Positions 10,400-20,785 of a DNA stretch of 64,000 nucleotides are shown piece by piece. Position 1 is the stretch's first letter; each line of letters opens with the position of its first letter. Source of the stretch: Lama guanicoe (taxonomy: Eukaryota); NCBI GenBank assembly GCA_013239625.1, contig MU054187.1, positions 21,951,280 through 22,015,279 of the forward strand, written 5' to 3'. The position numbers and the translations under genes were made by a program. The notes beneath the pieces are model-generated. The model ran no database searches. It was given only the letters and a program-made list of their open reading frames with translations, and was not told the origin of the DNA.

Positions 10400-11000
10400 T
10401 TTAGTCCGCACTGCCCTGTCCAAAGGCGCCTCAGATCTCTGTCACCGGAGCAGGAAGAGCCGGCTGTCCGGCCGCAGAGGGAAGGAGGCCGGAAGTACCG
10501 TGCGGGGGAGGTGGCGTGTGCACGTGGCGGGGGATCCAGCGTTACTCACAGCGCTGTGACAGGACGTTTTGGCCCCCGTGACTTGTCCATGGATGCAACG
10601 TCACCACGCAGGCTGTTTAATCCTTCTGAAGAAGTTAACTGTCAACTGTGGGAACCACATTGGCCTTGATTGGGCAAAGGATACATTCCTTCTCTGCTTG
10701 CCTGCTGATCCGCGCACAGAAAAGCAGACTGTGTTCAGACCTCCTCATCCGCGCCGCGGCGAGCGCGGTCTGAGGATTCTTGCCCGGGCAACAGAGCACA
10801 CCCGGAAGGAAACGGCAAGCCCTACCACGTGACCGCCGGGGCCCGGCCGGATTGGCTGCGCGGCTCTCCCTGCGGCACATGCGCCGTGAGTGCCTGCGCC
10901 TCTCCGCAAAGGGAAGCCTGCCCTCCCTGGATGGACCGATCCTCTTGCCGCCTGCTCTCCCCGCCCCTTGCGCTGCCCCTGCCTAGCGCTTATCAGACAG
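10400..11000. promoter_or_regulatory. CpG-island promoter, probably bidirectional
   Basis: Sharp GC/CpG enrichment in an AT-rich, CpG-depleted background. Motifs: ETS CCGGAAGT 10489-10496 and CCGGAAG 10802-10808, X-box CTTGCCCGGGCAAC 10779-10792, E-box CACGTGAC 10826-10833, inverted CCAAT 10851-10855, NRF1-like GCACATGCGC 10875-10884. GTGAGT donors point outward on both strands (10549 minus, 10886 plus). Confidence 0.85.
10550..10590 (-). CDS. Putative coding part of exon 1 of an unidentified small minus-strand gene (MDKSRGPKRPVTA+2 nt)
   Basis: ATG with +4 G at 10590 inside the CpG island; 41 nt to a GCT|GTGAGT donor (phase 2). Confidence 0.55.
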
Positions 11001-11223
11001 CAGTTTTTCACTTACTGAGTCCTTGATAAAATCTGTCTCCATTATACTGTGGACTCCCTGAGGGCAGGGTTGAGATTCTACTTTTTTGCCCTCACTAATC
11101 TTAGTGTCTTGCGGGTAGTCTTAGTTCTTGATCACTCTCCCAGCATGAAGCCTCAAGAATCATTTGATTTCTCTCCCATCTCAACCCGTACTGCTCCATG
11201 CTTCCTGTGTATGACTCATCTTT

Positions 11224-11573
11224 TTTTTTTTAATTGTTGAGGCAGAGTTGATGTACAATATTATGTAAGTTTCTGGTGTACAACATAGTGATTCACAATT
11301 TTTAAAGGTTATGCTTCATTTATGGTTATTACAGAATGCTGGCTATTACCCTGTGCTGTACTATATATCTTTGTAGCTTATTTATTTTATATGCAGTAGT
11401 TTGTATCTCTTAGTCCCCTACCCCTATAATGCCCCTTCCACTTCCCTTTCCCCATGGTAACCACTAGTTTATTCTCTGTGAGTCTGTTTCTTTTCTGTTC
11501 TGTTCACTAGTTTGTGTTGCTTTTAGATCCCATGTATAAGTGATATCATATGGTATTTGTCTTTTTCTGTATT
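11224..11573 (-). mobile_element. 5'-truncated L1 3' end with perfect TSD
   Basis: Poly-T then antisense L1 3'UTR; 14-bp TSD tatgactcatcttt at 11210-11223 and 11574-11587. Confidence 0.9.
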
Positions 11574-11839
11574 TATGACTCATCTTTATGTGTTCCCTTT
11601 CAGGTCAGTCCCAAAGCTGTAGACCATTGGGGCGAGGGCTCATGAATTTTGTGGTTAAAAAGTAGAGTTAATATTCTCCTAACTCCTGGTTGCTGTACCT
11701 AAACCCAACTGCCTTTCCTTCCTTATGTAAAACTTCCCTGTCTTTAGTAAAAATTCTCCTTTTCGTATACTTCCCACGTCCCAGTAATAAAAGATTTTGA
11801 AACAGATTTTTTATGTACCTCATGCCCTGCCAACATACC

Positions 11840-12340
11840 AGTGACTGCCATGGTCATGCATGTGACCCACATGACACCTGGCCTTGCAGTCAACCCCTTG
11901 ACTTCCTCATCTCCAAAGATGACCGCCCCTCTACCTGAGTTACACACATCTAGATTCACACGCTAGACTTTGTCAATAACCCGGACTAATTCCTATCAGA
12001 AGTCTTCTACCCCAGTATCCCACCCTGACCGTAATCTCCAATATTCCAGTTCTTATTTTTGCCCAGGTGCAGGTGTTCTTTTCAGCCCTCACCTTTCCTG
12101 ACCACTTTGTAGTGTTTGACAGTATCGCCCAATTATTTCTTGTAAAAACTCTTAACTGTCATGAAAATCATTTCTCCTGGTCATCCTCCTCCTTTTCTCG
12201 TTCCCCCTTATGCTCATGCATGAGCTTTCCCCCCGGCTCTCAAACTATTGCTTCTCTAGTTTCTGTCCTTGCCCACTGCTCCTCTCCTTCTGCATGTCTT
12301 TTTGGGTGAACCACATGGTGTACGTAACTCCCAATTTAGA
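11840..12340 (+). mobile_element. Diverged L2 fragments
   Basis: ctcacctttcctgaccactttgtagtgtttgacag...ttctcctggtcatcctcctcc, L2-like. Confidence 0.45.
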
Positions 12341-13705
12341 TGGATTGAAATAAGATAAGCAGGTATCTTCCTTGAAGTGCACTAAATGTGCTATGGGTAA
12401 ATTCAAATGCCAAGTAGTTTTGTTCACAGATTTAATATACAAACTAGAAAGGGCACATCTCCCTTTGCCAGATAATCATAATGGCTTCATGTCCTCACAA
12501 GTTATTAAATATGTATTGCAAGAAATACTGATATCTCACCATTATTTCTTCCAACAATTTTGTGATCTTTGAAAAGAACCTACAGATGATCTAATTGATT
12601 CCTGAAGTCCAACTTATCTTAACATTCCACAAATCTGTAACTTTATGGGTACATGAATTAAGAGCACATAACATCTAATACAATAGAAATTTACCCAGGA
12701 CCTGTCCAGAAAGCTATGACTTCTAAATACCTATTGTGAAACAGTAGCCTTACATAGTAATACTACATAGTTGCCACATAGTTATCATCCAATTTCTAGA
12801 AGTGTAACATAGTTTCAGATTTAAAAATGAAATTAAAAATATTCTAGCTGTAATGGCACACTCCTTTTTATTTTTACCAGTGCACCCTGGTATCACACTT
12901 TATATTACAAAAGTTTTTGAATCAAGTTGGTAACCTTAGAAAGAGGTGATTTATATTCATGCTAGATTCAGCAAAGTTCTTTCCCAGTGGTATCTGAACA
13001 TCGTATCCCAGAGGGAAATAAAACGACAGACCATGGTGGAAGCATTTTCAGCTGCCAGGTTAGAACTGTGTCCTCCTCGGTCAGTTAGGTATTCATTGAA
13101 AAGCCCAGAAGAACTCCAACAGCAATGTTTGAGTAAGTCTTCATTGTTTTTTGCCTGAATATATTTAGCACACAACTTTCTGGGAAGGCAGCCAGGGTAG
13201 GAGTCGCCATAACTAACACATTTCCTTTAAATATAAAAGTGGAAGTCATCACAACAATTGTAATTTGTGAGCTTCCAAAGGGGTACTGGGTATTGCTACA
13301 TAATACATTCGTCCCACAGAATTTGAAAAGTTTCCTGGCATGATCTCATGAAGCCCCAGCTGATTATTTTGTTCATCAATTAAATAAGGGTTTAGAATTA
13401 CAATCTGTTCTACTTCAAAGAGTGCTTCTCTGTACTAATTGCCCCATTCATTCCCGGTAAGTCAGAGAATAATGTCTATATAACATGTCAGTCGTGAGTA
13501 GGGGCAGTCCTCTCAATTAAAGAGAAAGCCTTATTGATCTGTGGAGACTTCAGGAAGAACTGGAAATCTACAGACCTGCAGGTAGAGTTTGGTTTAGTCT
13601 CTTCAAGAACTTTTTACTATGTCAAGCTTCCTGGGCACTCTGAGTTCAGCTGAAGAGTCTGCAAAGACATTTGCCTTGTATTAAAACAATGGACAATAGC
13701 AAGGT

Positions 13706-13851
13706 GGGGGAGGGTATAGCTCAGTGGTAGAGCACATACTTAGCATGTACGAGGTCCTAGGTTCAATCCCCAGTACCTCCATTTAATTAGTAAATAAATA
13801 AATAAATAAACCTAATTACACTCCCCCCGACCAAAAAAAAAAAAAAAAAAA
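13706..13851 (+). mobile_element. tRNA-Ala-derived SINE (camelid Vic-1 type)
   Basis: ggggagggtatagctcagtggtagagc (A box)...ggttcaatcccc (B box)...acctcca, then (taaa)n cctaattac, C-run and poly-A. Confidence 0.9.
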
Positions 13852-14942
13852 GAACCAATGGAAAATGTAGAGTGTTACACTTTGAATTAGATTTTTAATT
13901 TTCAGTTAATAACCTAATACCTCACAGGGGAAACACCAGCACCAAGGGTTAAGGTCGCAAAGGTTGATTGATTGGACATAGGTACCCATGGAGATGGAAC
14001 TCTGCTCATGTTTCTACTAGGATTGTTAACTGTTCTTATTAGTGCTCTGTTCGCAAAAGTTTCATAGCTTTTGAACTGTCTTCCTCAATCCTATCCTTCC
14101 CGTAAGCTCTCTTATTTTTAGTTTGAAATTTGCAGAAGGTGAACATGCATTGTAATGAATACACCTAAATCATCTCCATTTTATAAACAGGAGAAATCTA
14201 AATGGGTGAGAGATTAAAACCAAGTCACACAGTCCAATGAGAGGCAGAGTAAAAATTAGAATTTAAGTTGATTAATTCTGGTAAGACTGTTTAAGTAGTA
14301 CATACTCATCTACACATACCATCAGAGATATGTACTTGCATAAAATTGGAAACTTTTCAACTACCTTAATTTTCCTTTTATTTTTACATATTTCACTTAT
14401 TTCCAAAGAGACTGTTATTTCTTTGAAATGGAAGGGTTTTGAACGACTCACAATGGAAAACGCTCTAAATAGCACCTGTATTAACTATAATTTAATACTA
14501 GTTTTAATGTTTATTTGTCATTAAGAAAGAGTTGCACAAATGATTCATGCAAAGAAATTCTTTGGTTTGAAAGGTCCACTCTACCCTGAGTAGAGCCTAA
14601 GGAGGATCATAATTTAATATTTTATGACTTCACACAGAATTCTGCACATCAGAAAATCTTTTGACAAAGATTTTTAATTAGGTTCCTCTTGTAAGTCTAT
14701 GTCAAGTATCCTCTTAGTATAAAGATGTAGTTTATCTTATTTTAAAATCATTATACCAGGCAACCAGAGATGTAGTCAGAATGTTTCAAAAGTGATTGAA
14801 AATATGCTCACAGATCAACAATTCTACTATTAGATTCTAATTTCCATTATCCTGTCTTGAAACATTTAAGGAACTGTTCTGCCTTGATGGAATTAAGTAT
14901 CAGTCTTCTCTGGAATAACTATGAACAATCAATTAGCCTGTT

Positions 14943-15673
14943 CTGCGAGAAAAAGGGAACCCTCCTACACTGCTGGTGGGAATGCAGTTTGGTGCAGCCA
15001 CTGTGGAAAACAGTATGGAGATTCCTCAAAAGACTAGGAATAGACTTACCATATGACCCAGGAATCCTGTTTCTGGGCATATATCCAGGAGGAACCCTAC
15101 TTCAAAATGACACCTGCACCCCAATGTTCATAGCAACACTCTTTACAATAGCCAAGACATGGAAACAGCCTAAATGTCCATCGACAGATGACTGGATAAA
15201 GAAGATGTGGTATATTTATACAATGGAATACTACTCAGCCATAAAAACTGACAACATAACGCCATTTGCAACAACATGGGTGTTCCTGGAGAATGTGATT
15301 CTAAGTGAAGTAAGCCAGAAAGAGAAAGAAAAATACCATATGAAATCGCTCATATGCGAAATTTAAGAAAAAATACAAAACAGAAACAGATTCATAGACA
15401 TGGAATACAAACTTGTGGTTGCCAGGGGGACAGGGAAGTGGGGTGGGAGGGGACTGGGATTTCAAAATGTAGAATAGATAAACAAGATTGTACTGTGTAG
15501 CACAGGAAAATATATACAGGATCTTGTGGTGACTCACAGCAATAGAGAATGTGGAAATGAATGTACATATGTTCATGTATAACCGAAAAATTGTGCTCTA
15601 CACTGGAATCTGACACAACATTGTAAAATGACTATAACTCAATAAAAAAAGTTTATATATAAAAAAAGAAAAA
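14943..15673 (+). mobile_element. Young 5'-truncated L1 (ORF2 C-terminus, 3'UTR, poly-A)
   Basis: Uninterrupted ORF2 C-terminal frame (HCWWEC...QPLWK...YTMEYYSAIK) to stop at 15366; AATAAA and A-tail; perfect 16-bp TSD aatcaattagcctgtt (14927-14942, 15674-15689). Confidence 0.95.
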
Positions 15674-17267
15674 AATCAATTAGCCTGTTAATTGGAAGGG
15701 GCTCCATTCATAGAAAACCAGTGGATAATAGTTGCCATGGTGTAAAAAAACATTGAAATACATGTTTAACAAATAAATAGTCAAAAAAGGTTTAAAATAT
15801 CTATTCTCTCTCTCTCGTAGAAAATTAAATTTAGATGAGGAAACTAATCCTAGACTCCCAATTTCGCTGAAATGTAGTCAACAATTGAAATCAATTGAAA
15901 CTTTAATCGCACCCTACTCTGCGATTCATTTGTTTGCATCCATTGCTCTTGGGGTGGAAAGAAAAAGCTGACAAGTAGCTTTATAGAAATTGCTTAATAA
16001 TTAAATCACCTTCTCAAACGTAGCCAGAACACTCAGCAAGTAAGATAAAACTCTAAGGATCACAAAACTGAATTAAAGACGTCTGTTATGGGTAATCCTG
16101 AATGATCCCTTAGTTTGTTTCTTCTTTTCTCTGTAGAATTGGATTATTAGTCATGACAGAAAACTGATTTGCATTTGGTTTCTGTTACTAAATTTCATTT
16201 TTATCTAATGAAAAAGGTCATATAAAGTATAATTCATTCTCCATCTCTTGCCTAGAGCTGCTGGCATATTACTCAGATGAGAGAAAATCATTTTGGGGAT
16301 GGATCAGTCTCTCTAAAGACGCTGAAGATACTCCATTGCTGCTTTGTGCTGTTGCAGCGGCGTTCATGAATGTGTTTTGGTTGTAACTGATCTGCAAGGT
16401 TCAGGCATTAAACTGTTCAAATCAACATATTCAATATAGTTTAAAAAATAGATTTACAGGCCATTGCATGTTGTAAAAAAGAAAGCAGAATATCAAAGTC
16501 AGTATGTTCCTGTGAGTCTTAGTTTTATATTTTTGGCTAGACACTGCTTGGCTAGCAGAATAAGTAGAATAAGAGGCTATGTTTCAAACATCAGGATAAC
16601 GTATAATTATGTTATGCTTTTATTTTGGTGATTTCAGTAAATACACAGTGCCTAGAATAGTTCTGGTAACTTAATAAGCACTTAATAAACTCTTGCCAAA
16701 AAAATTAGAGTCACATTGAATATACTGTATTTAGTTACTTAATATCCTCTGCCTATTTTTTAACCAAAGATTTGAGTAGGTTTAAAAATACATAAAATGA
16801 AAAGTAACTAAGGTAAATAAATGAGAGAAATAGGACAAAGAAAATAATAAATCTATGGTAAAACCGGCCGACAGAAATGCATATGTACAGTTGCTAAAGG
16901 TTGGCAAGGATGGTCTCCGTGCTTCCTAGTGGCCAAAGCAAAGAAAAAAAATGGGACCAATTACATGCAATTTGGTGTCTTTGAAATAAAACAAAAACAG
17001 TTATTCAGAAGAACCGTAGCCATTTTTGATCAAGAGACCTGGGAATAATATCTGATGTGTCCTCATTAATGCAACAAGAATCATCAACATTGCGAGTTTC
17101 ACATATTTAAGTAAAAATAATTCAGAGAGGTCTAAAGCAATACAATTTAAACATGTAGTTCTCTAATAAGGAACACTTTACTATGACGATAAAGGGAACT
17201 GACTTTGGGATCTGATCCCAAAGTGGGTCCAGTGTGATCAGTGGCTCACTCACCAGCTTTGCCTCTG

Positions 17268-18645
17268 TACTGTGGTAGTTCTATTTTTAATTTTGGGGGG
17301 AAGCTTAATACTGTCTTCCATAGCAACCGTACCATCTTACATTCTCACCAACAGTGTAGGAAGATTCCAGTTTCCCCACATCTTCCTCAACTCTTGCTGT
17401 CTTTTGTTTTTTTGATAATAGCCATCCTGGCAGATGTGAGATGATATTTCACTGTAGATTTGATTTGCATTTCCCTGACGATTCGTGATGTCAAGCATCT
17501 TTTTATGTACCTGTTGTATATATCTCCCTTGGAGAAATGGCTGTGCAAATCCTTTGTCCATTCTTTAAATTGGATTATTTGCCTTCTGCTATTGAGTTGT
17601 AGGAGTTTCTTACATATTTTGGATATTAACCCCTTATCAAATATACGGTTTGCAAATACTTCACACATTCCCTAGGTTGCGTTTTCATGCTGTTGATTGT
17701 TGCCTTTGCTGTGCAGCTTTTCAGCTTGATCTTGTTCCATTTGTCTGTTTTTGCTTTTGTTGCCTGTGCTTTTGGTGTCAAGTCAAAGAAATCACTGCCA
17801 GGACCAATATCAAGAAGATTTTCCCAATGTTTTCTTTTAGTGTTTATGTGTAAGGTTTTTAATCCATTTTGAGTTGATTTTTGTGTATGGTGTAGGATAG
17901 CAGTCCAATTTTATTCTTTTGCATGTGAATATCCAGTTTTCCCAACACTGTATGTTGAAGACACTATCTTTTCCCCATTGTGTAGTCTTAGCACCCTTGT
18001 CAAAGATTACTTGACTGTATATGGGCTTAATTCTGGCTTCTCTACTTTGTTTCATTGGTCTATATATGTATCTATACCAGTACCATACTGTTTTAATTAC
18101 TGTGACTTTACAATGTATTTTGAAATCAGGAAGTGTGATTCTCCAGCCTGTTCTTCTTTCTCAAGATCACTTTGGCTATTCTGGGTCTTTTGTTGTTCCA
18201 TATATGAATTTTAGGGCTGTTTTTTCTATTTCTGTAAAAAAAAAATTGGAATTTTGATGGGGATGGTATTGAATCTGTAGATCACTTAGGGTAATATCAA
18301 CATTTTAACAATATTAAGTATTCTTAATCCATGAACACAGAATGTCTTTCCATTTATTTGCTTTTCTTTAATTTCTTTCATCAGTGTTTCATGGTTTTCA
18401 GTGTACAAGCTTTTCACCTCCTTGGCTGTTTATTCCTAAGTTTTAAAATTATTTTTGATACTATTGTAAATAGGATTACTTTCTTAATTTTCTTTCTATA
18501 TAGTTCATTGTTAGGGTAGAGAAATGCAATTGATTTTTGTGTGTGGATTTGCAACTTTACTGAATTCATTTATTAGTTCCAACAAGTTTTCTGTGTGTGG
18601 ATCCTTTAGGATTTTCTACATATAATATCATGCCATCTGCAAAGA
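17268..18645 (-). mobile_element. Older L1 ORF2 fragment (disrupted)
   Basis: Minus-strand ORFs give L1 ORF2 peptides (IFDKGAKTTQWGKDSVFN, PYTKINSKWIK, REMQIK...YHLT..RMAIIKK) broken by frameshifts and stops. Confidence 0.92.
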
Positions 18646-19869
18646 ACTTGGCATAGTTCAGATCCCTGAAATACTGGGGGAAAGGGCTATGGCCTATTTG
18701 GCTCTTGGAGGTTTGGAGAAGGCATAGCTTTACTTGTTACAAAATCAGAGAAGGTGTAACCTTACTTACTATAAAATCATTAAGATTCAGAGGCACTCAG
18801 TAACTTGGGTAACTGGAAAAGGGACAGATGCAATGAATTTAGCTGCACCCTCTCTCCACTTGGACTAATTTCGCCTATGAACTTGGCCACCTCACTTAGG
18901 TTGGTTGCAAGAATGTTAACATTCTATCATCTCTTTATCTAGTTTGTCTCAACACCTTGCAGAAAAATATATTCTTCCAAATTCATTGATAAGACATATT
19001 TAATCAGGTATGTTGCCCTCCTTCAATGTAATAACTTTCTCTTCTGGGCAACACTACTCAAAATTCCCTCCCTGATTTATTGCCTTTCTAAATTTCTTAT
19101 CTTCCCCCAAAAAATTCATCACTGTATTTTCCCACATCCTTCACTCTGAACCTATTCTTCTGGCGAGCCAGATTCAGCTGTTAAAGCCAACATTCACCAG
19201 GTCAAAAATTCAACAGCTTTGTATATTCTAAAAGTTTATTTTAAAGTCTGTTACTTGGAATTATAATGCATATCCCAACAAAAATGAGAAAAGTGGTTGC
19301 TGGTTTTCCAAAATAGCAAGCAAAAACTTATTTACTCTCTAATAGGGTTGTGGTACTATTCATTTGTAATGAAAGGGAGAATAAAGCAATGTTACTACAA
19401 TATTAAACTAAAGGAGTAATGAAACAAGAGGACAAACTAATGATATTAAGAAATAATAATATATGCATTTTACATTTGGTTCAGTTAAAGAAGCATGAGG
19501 GAGCACCTTTTGTGGAGATCATAAAAAGGCTACCTTTTATTATTATGAATAATTTCATCTAAAAATAACTGGCTCTCTATTCTTAGATATAAATGTGCCC
19601 AGGCTCCACTTAATATCACTCAGGCCCTCTTATCCTTTGGAGAGATGCAGGGGTCTTTGGGAAAGAAAAAAAAATGCCCTCCTCATGATTTTTGCGGATT
19701 TTTGATATTATTTTCTCTTTTTCCTTTCTCTTTGTATTCCTGCACCCAAACTTGCTCTCTCAATTCAGCCCTATTCTGGTTTCCATGAAAAAGAAGAAGT
19801 AAAAAGATGGTCTTGGCAAACATCTCTTGGCATTCATAACTTTACTGACGATCTGGAGGCATCGCTGGA

Positions 19870-20317
19870 GGGGAACGGATCACACACTCTTACCTCCTGG
19901 GCTCACTCCTCACACTCTGCTCCCTCTGCAGAGCTTTCTCTGTCTGGACACTTGGGTCCTCAAGCAGTGCCATTCTGTCTCCCTTCCTGTTTTGTCACAG
20001 TCAGTCAGATGGAGCAGCACTGCCAGCACCCTAACTTCCTGGCCCTCTTGGATTCTCTCCATCTCCTACCATCCAGCTCCTGCTGGGTGGTCCTCTCCAC
20101 ACAGCTCTCTCTCTGGGATCTCATCACTGCTTCACTTCCTTGCCCTGCAGGCCCAGGCATGGTAAGATCCCTTGCTCCTGCCAGCCCCGGAGTATTACTC
20201 TACCCCATGGAGAGTCCACATCCCACCTGTACTTTCTGACAAATCCCTTTATTAAACTCTCCTCAATTACCCAGTTGGTAGCCAACTCTGTTTCCGTGCA
20301 TGACTTTACACTTACCA
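19870..20317 (+). mobile_element. ERVL solo LTR (LTR33-like)
   Basis: gccctgcaggcccaggcatggtaa...gccagccccgg...ttattaaactctcctcaattaccc resembles the LTR33 3' half. Confidence 0.7.
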
Positions 20318-20442
20318 GGTTGCTCTTGGGTCATAACCCAGAGATTAAGCTAATCACATCAAGTGTTTGTGAAAAAGCTTCTCTAGGTAATAGACATCTG
20401 ACAAGTAGGTGACTGAGCTTGATCTTCTCAGGTCAGCAATTT

Positions 20443-20785
20443 GGCAATTAAAAGGAATGAAGTGCTCGTCCCAAGGAGATGAAGTGCCACATTAGAACAT
20501 GATGCTGAGTGAAAGAAGCCAGTCACAAAAGACCACATAGTGTATGATGAGTGAATACAGAATCTCTGGAAGAGGAAAATCTATAGAGACGGAGAGCAGA
20601 TAAGTGGTGGCCAGGGGCTTAGGGGACGGAGGCATGGGGTGTAGTTGCTAATGAGTACAGGGTTTCTTCTTGGACTGATAAAGATGATGATGACCCAATC
20701 ATTTGAATATTTAAAAAACCACCGAATTGTATACTTCGAAAGGGTGAATTTTATGGTTCATGAATTATATCTAAATAGATATACT
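20443..20785 (+). mobile_element. L1MB-type 3' end
   Basis: atgctgagtgaaagaagccagtcacaaaagaccaca...aatctatagagac...gctaatgagtacagggtttc...gaattatatct. Confidence 0.8.

Noticed and set aside
10253..11026. Many ORFs over the CpG island
   Set aside because: Expected from stop-codon scarcity in GC-rich DNA.
12340..12900. Possible hAT/Charlie transposase remnant
   Set aside because: Only a vague resemblance; no confident TIRs or peptide motif by eye.
13710..13781. tRNA-Ala(AGC)-like cloverleaf here and in seven other copies
   Set aside because: These are SINEs, not tRNA genes: mismatched stems, a shared non-tRNA tail (taaa)n-cctaattac-C-run in most copies, A-tails and TSDs.
14857..15366. 169-aa ORF as a host or chimeric gene
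   Set aside because: It is an L1 ORF2 C-terminus in frame by chance with flanking DNA; it starts at TTG, with no promoter evidence.
17241..18519. Cluster of ORFs on both strands
   Set aside because: Disrupted L1 ORF2 pieces and their antisense frames.
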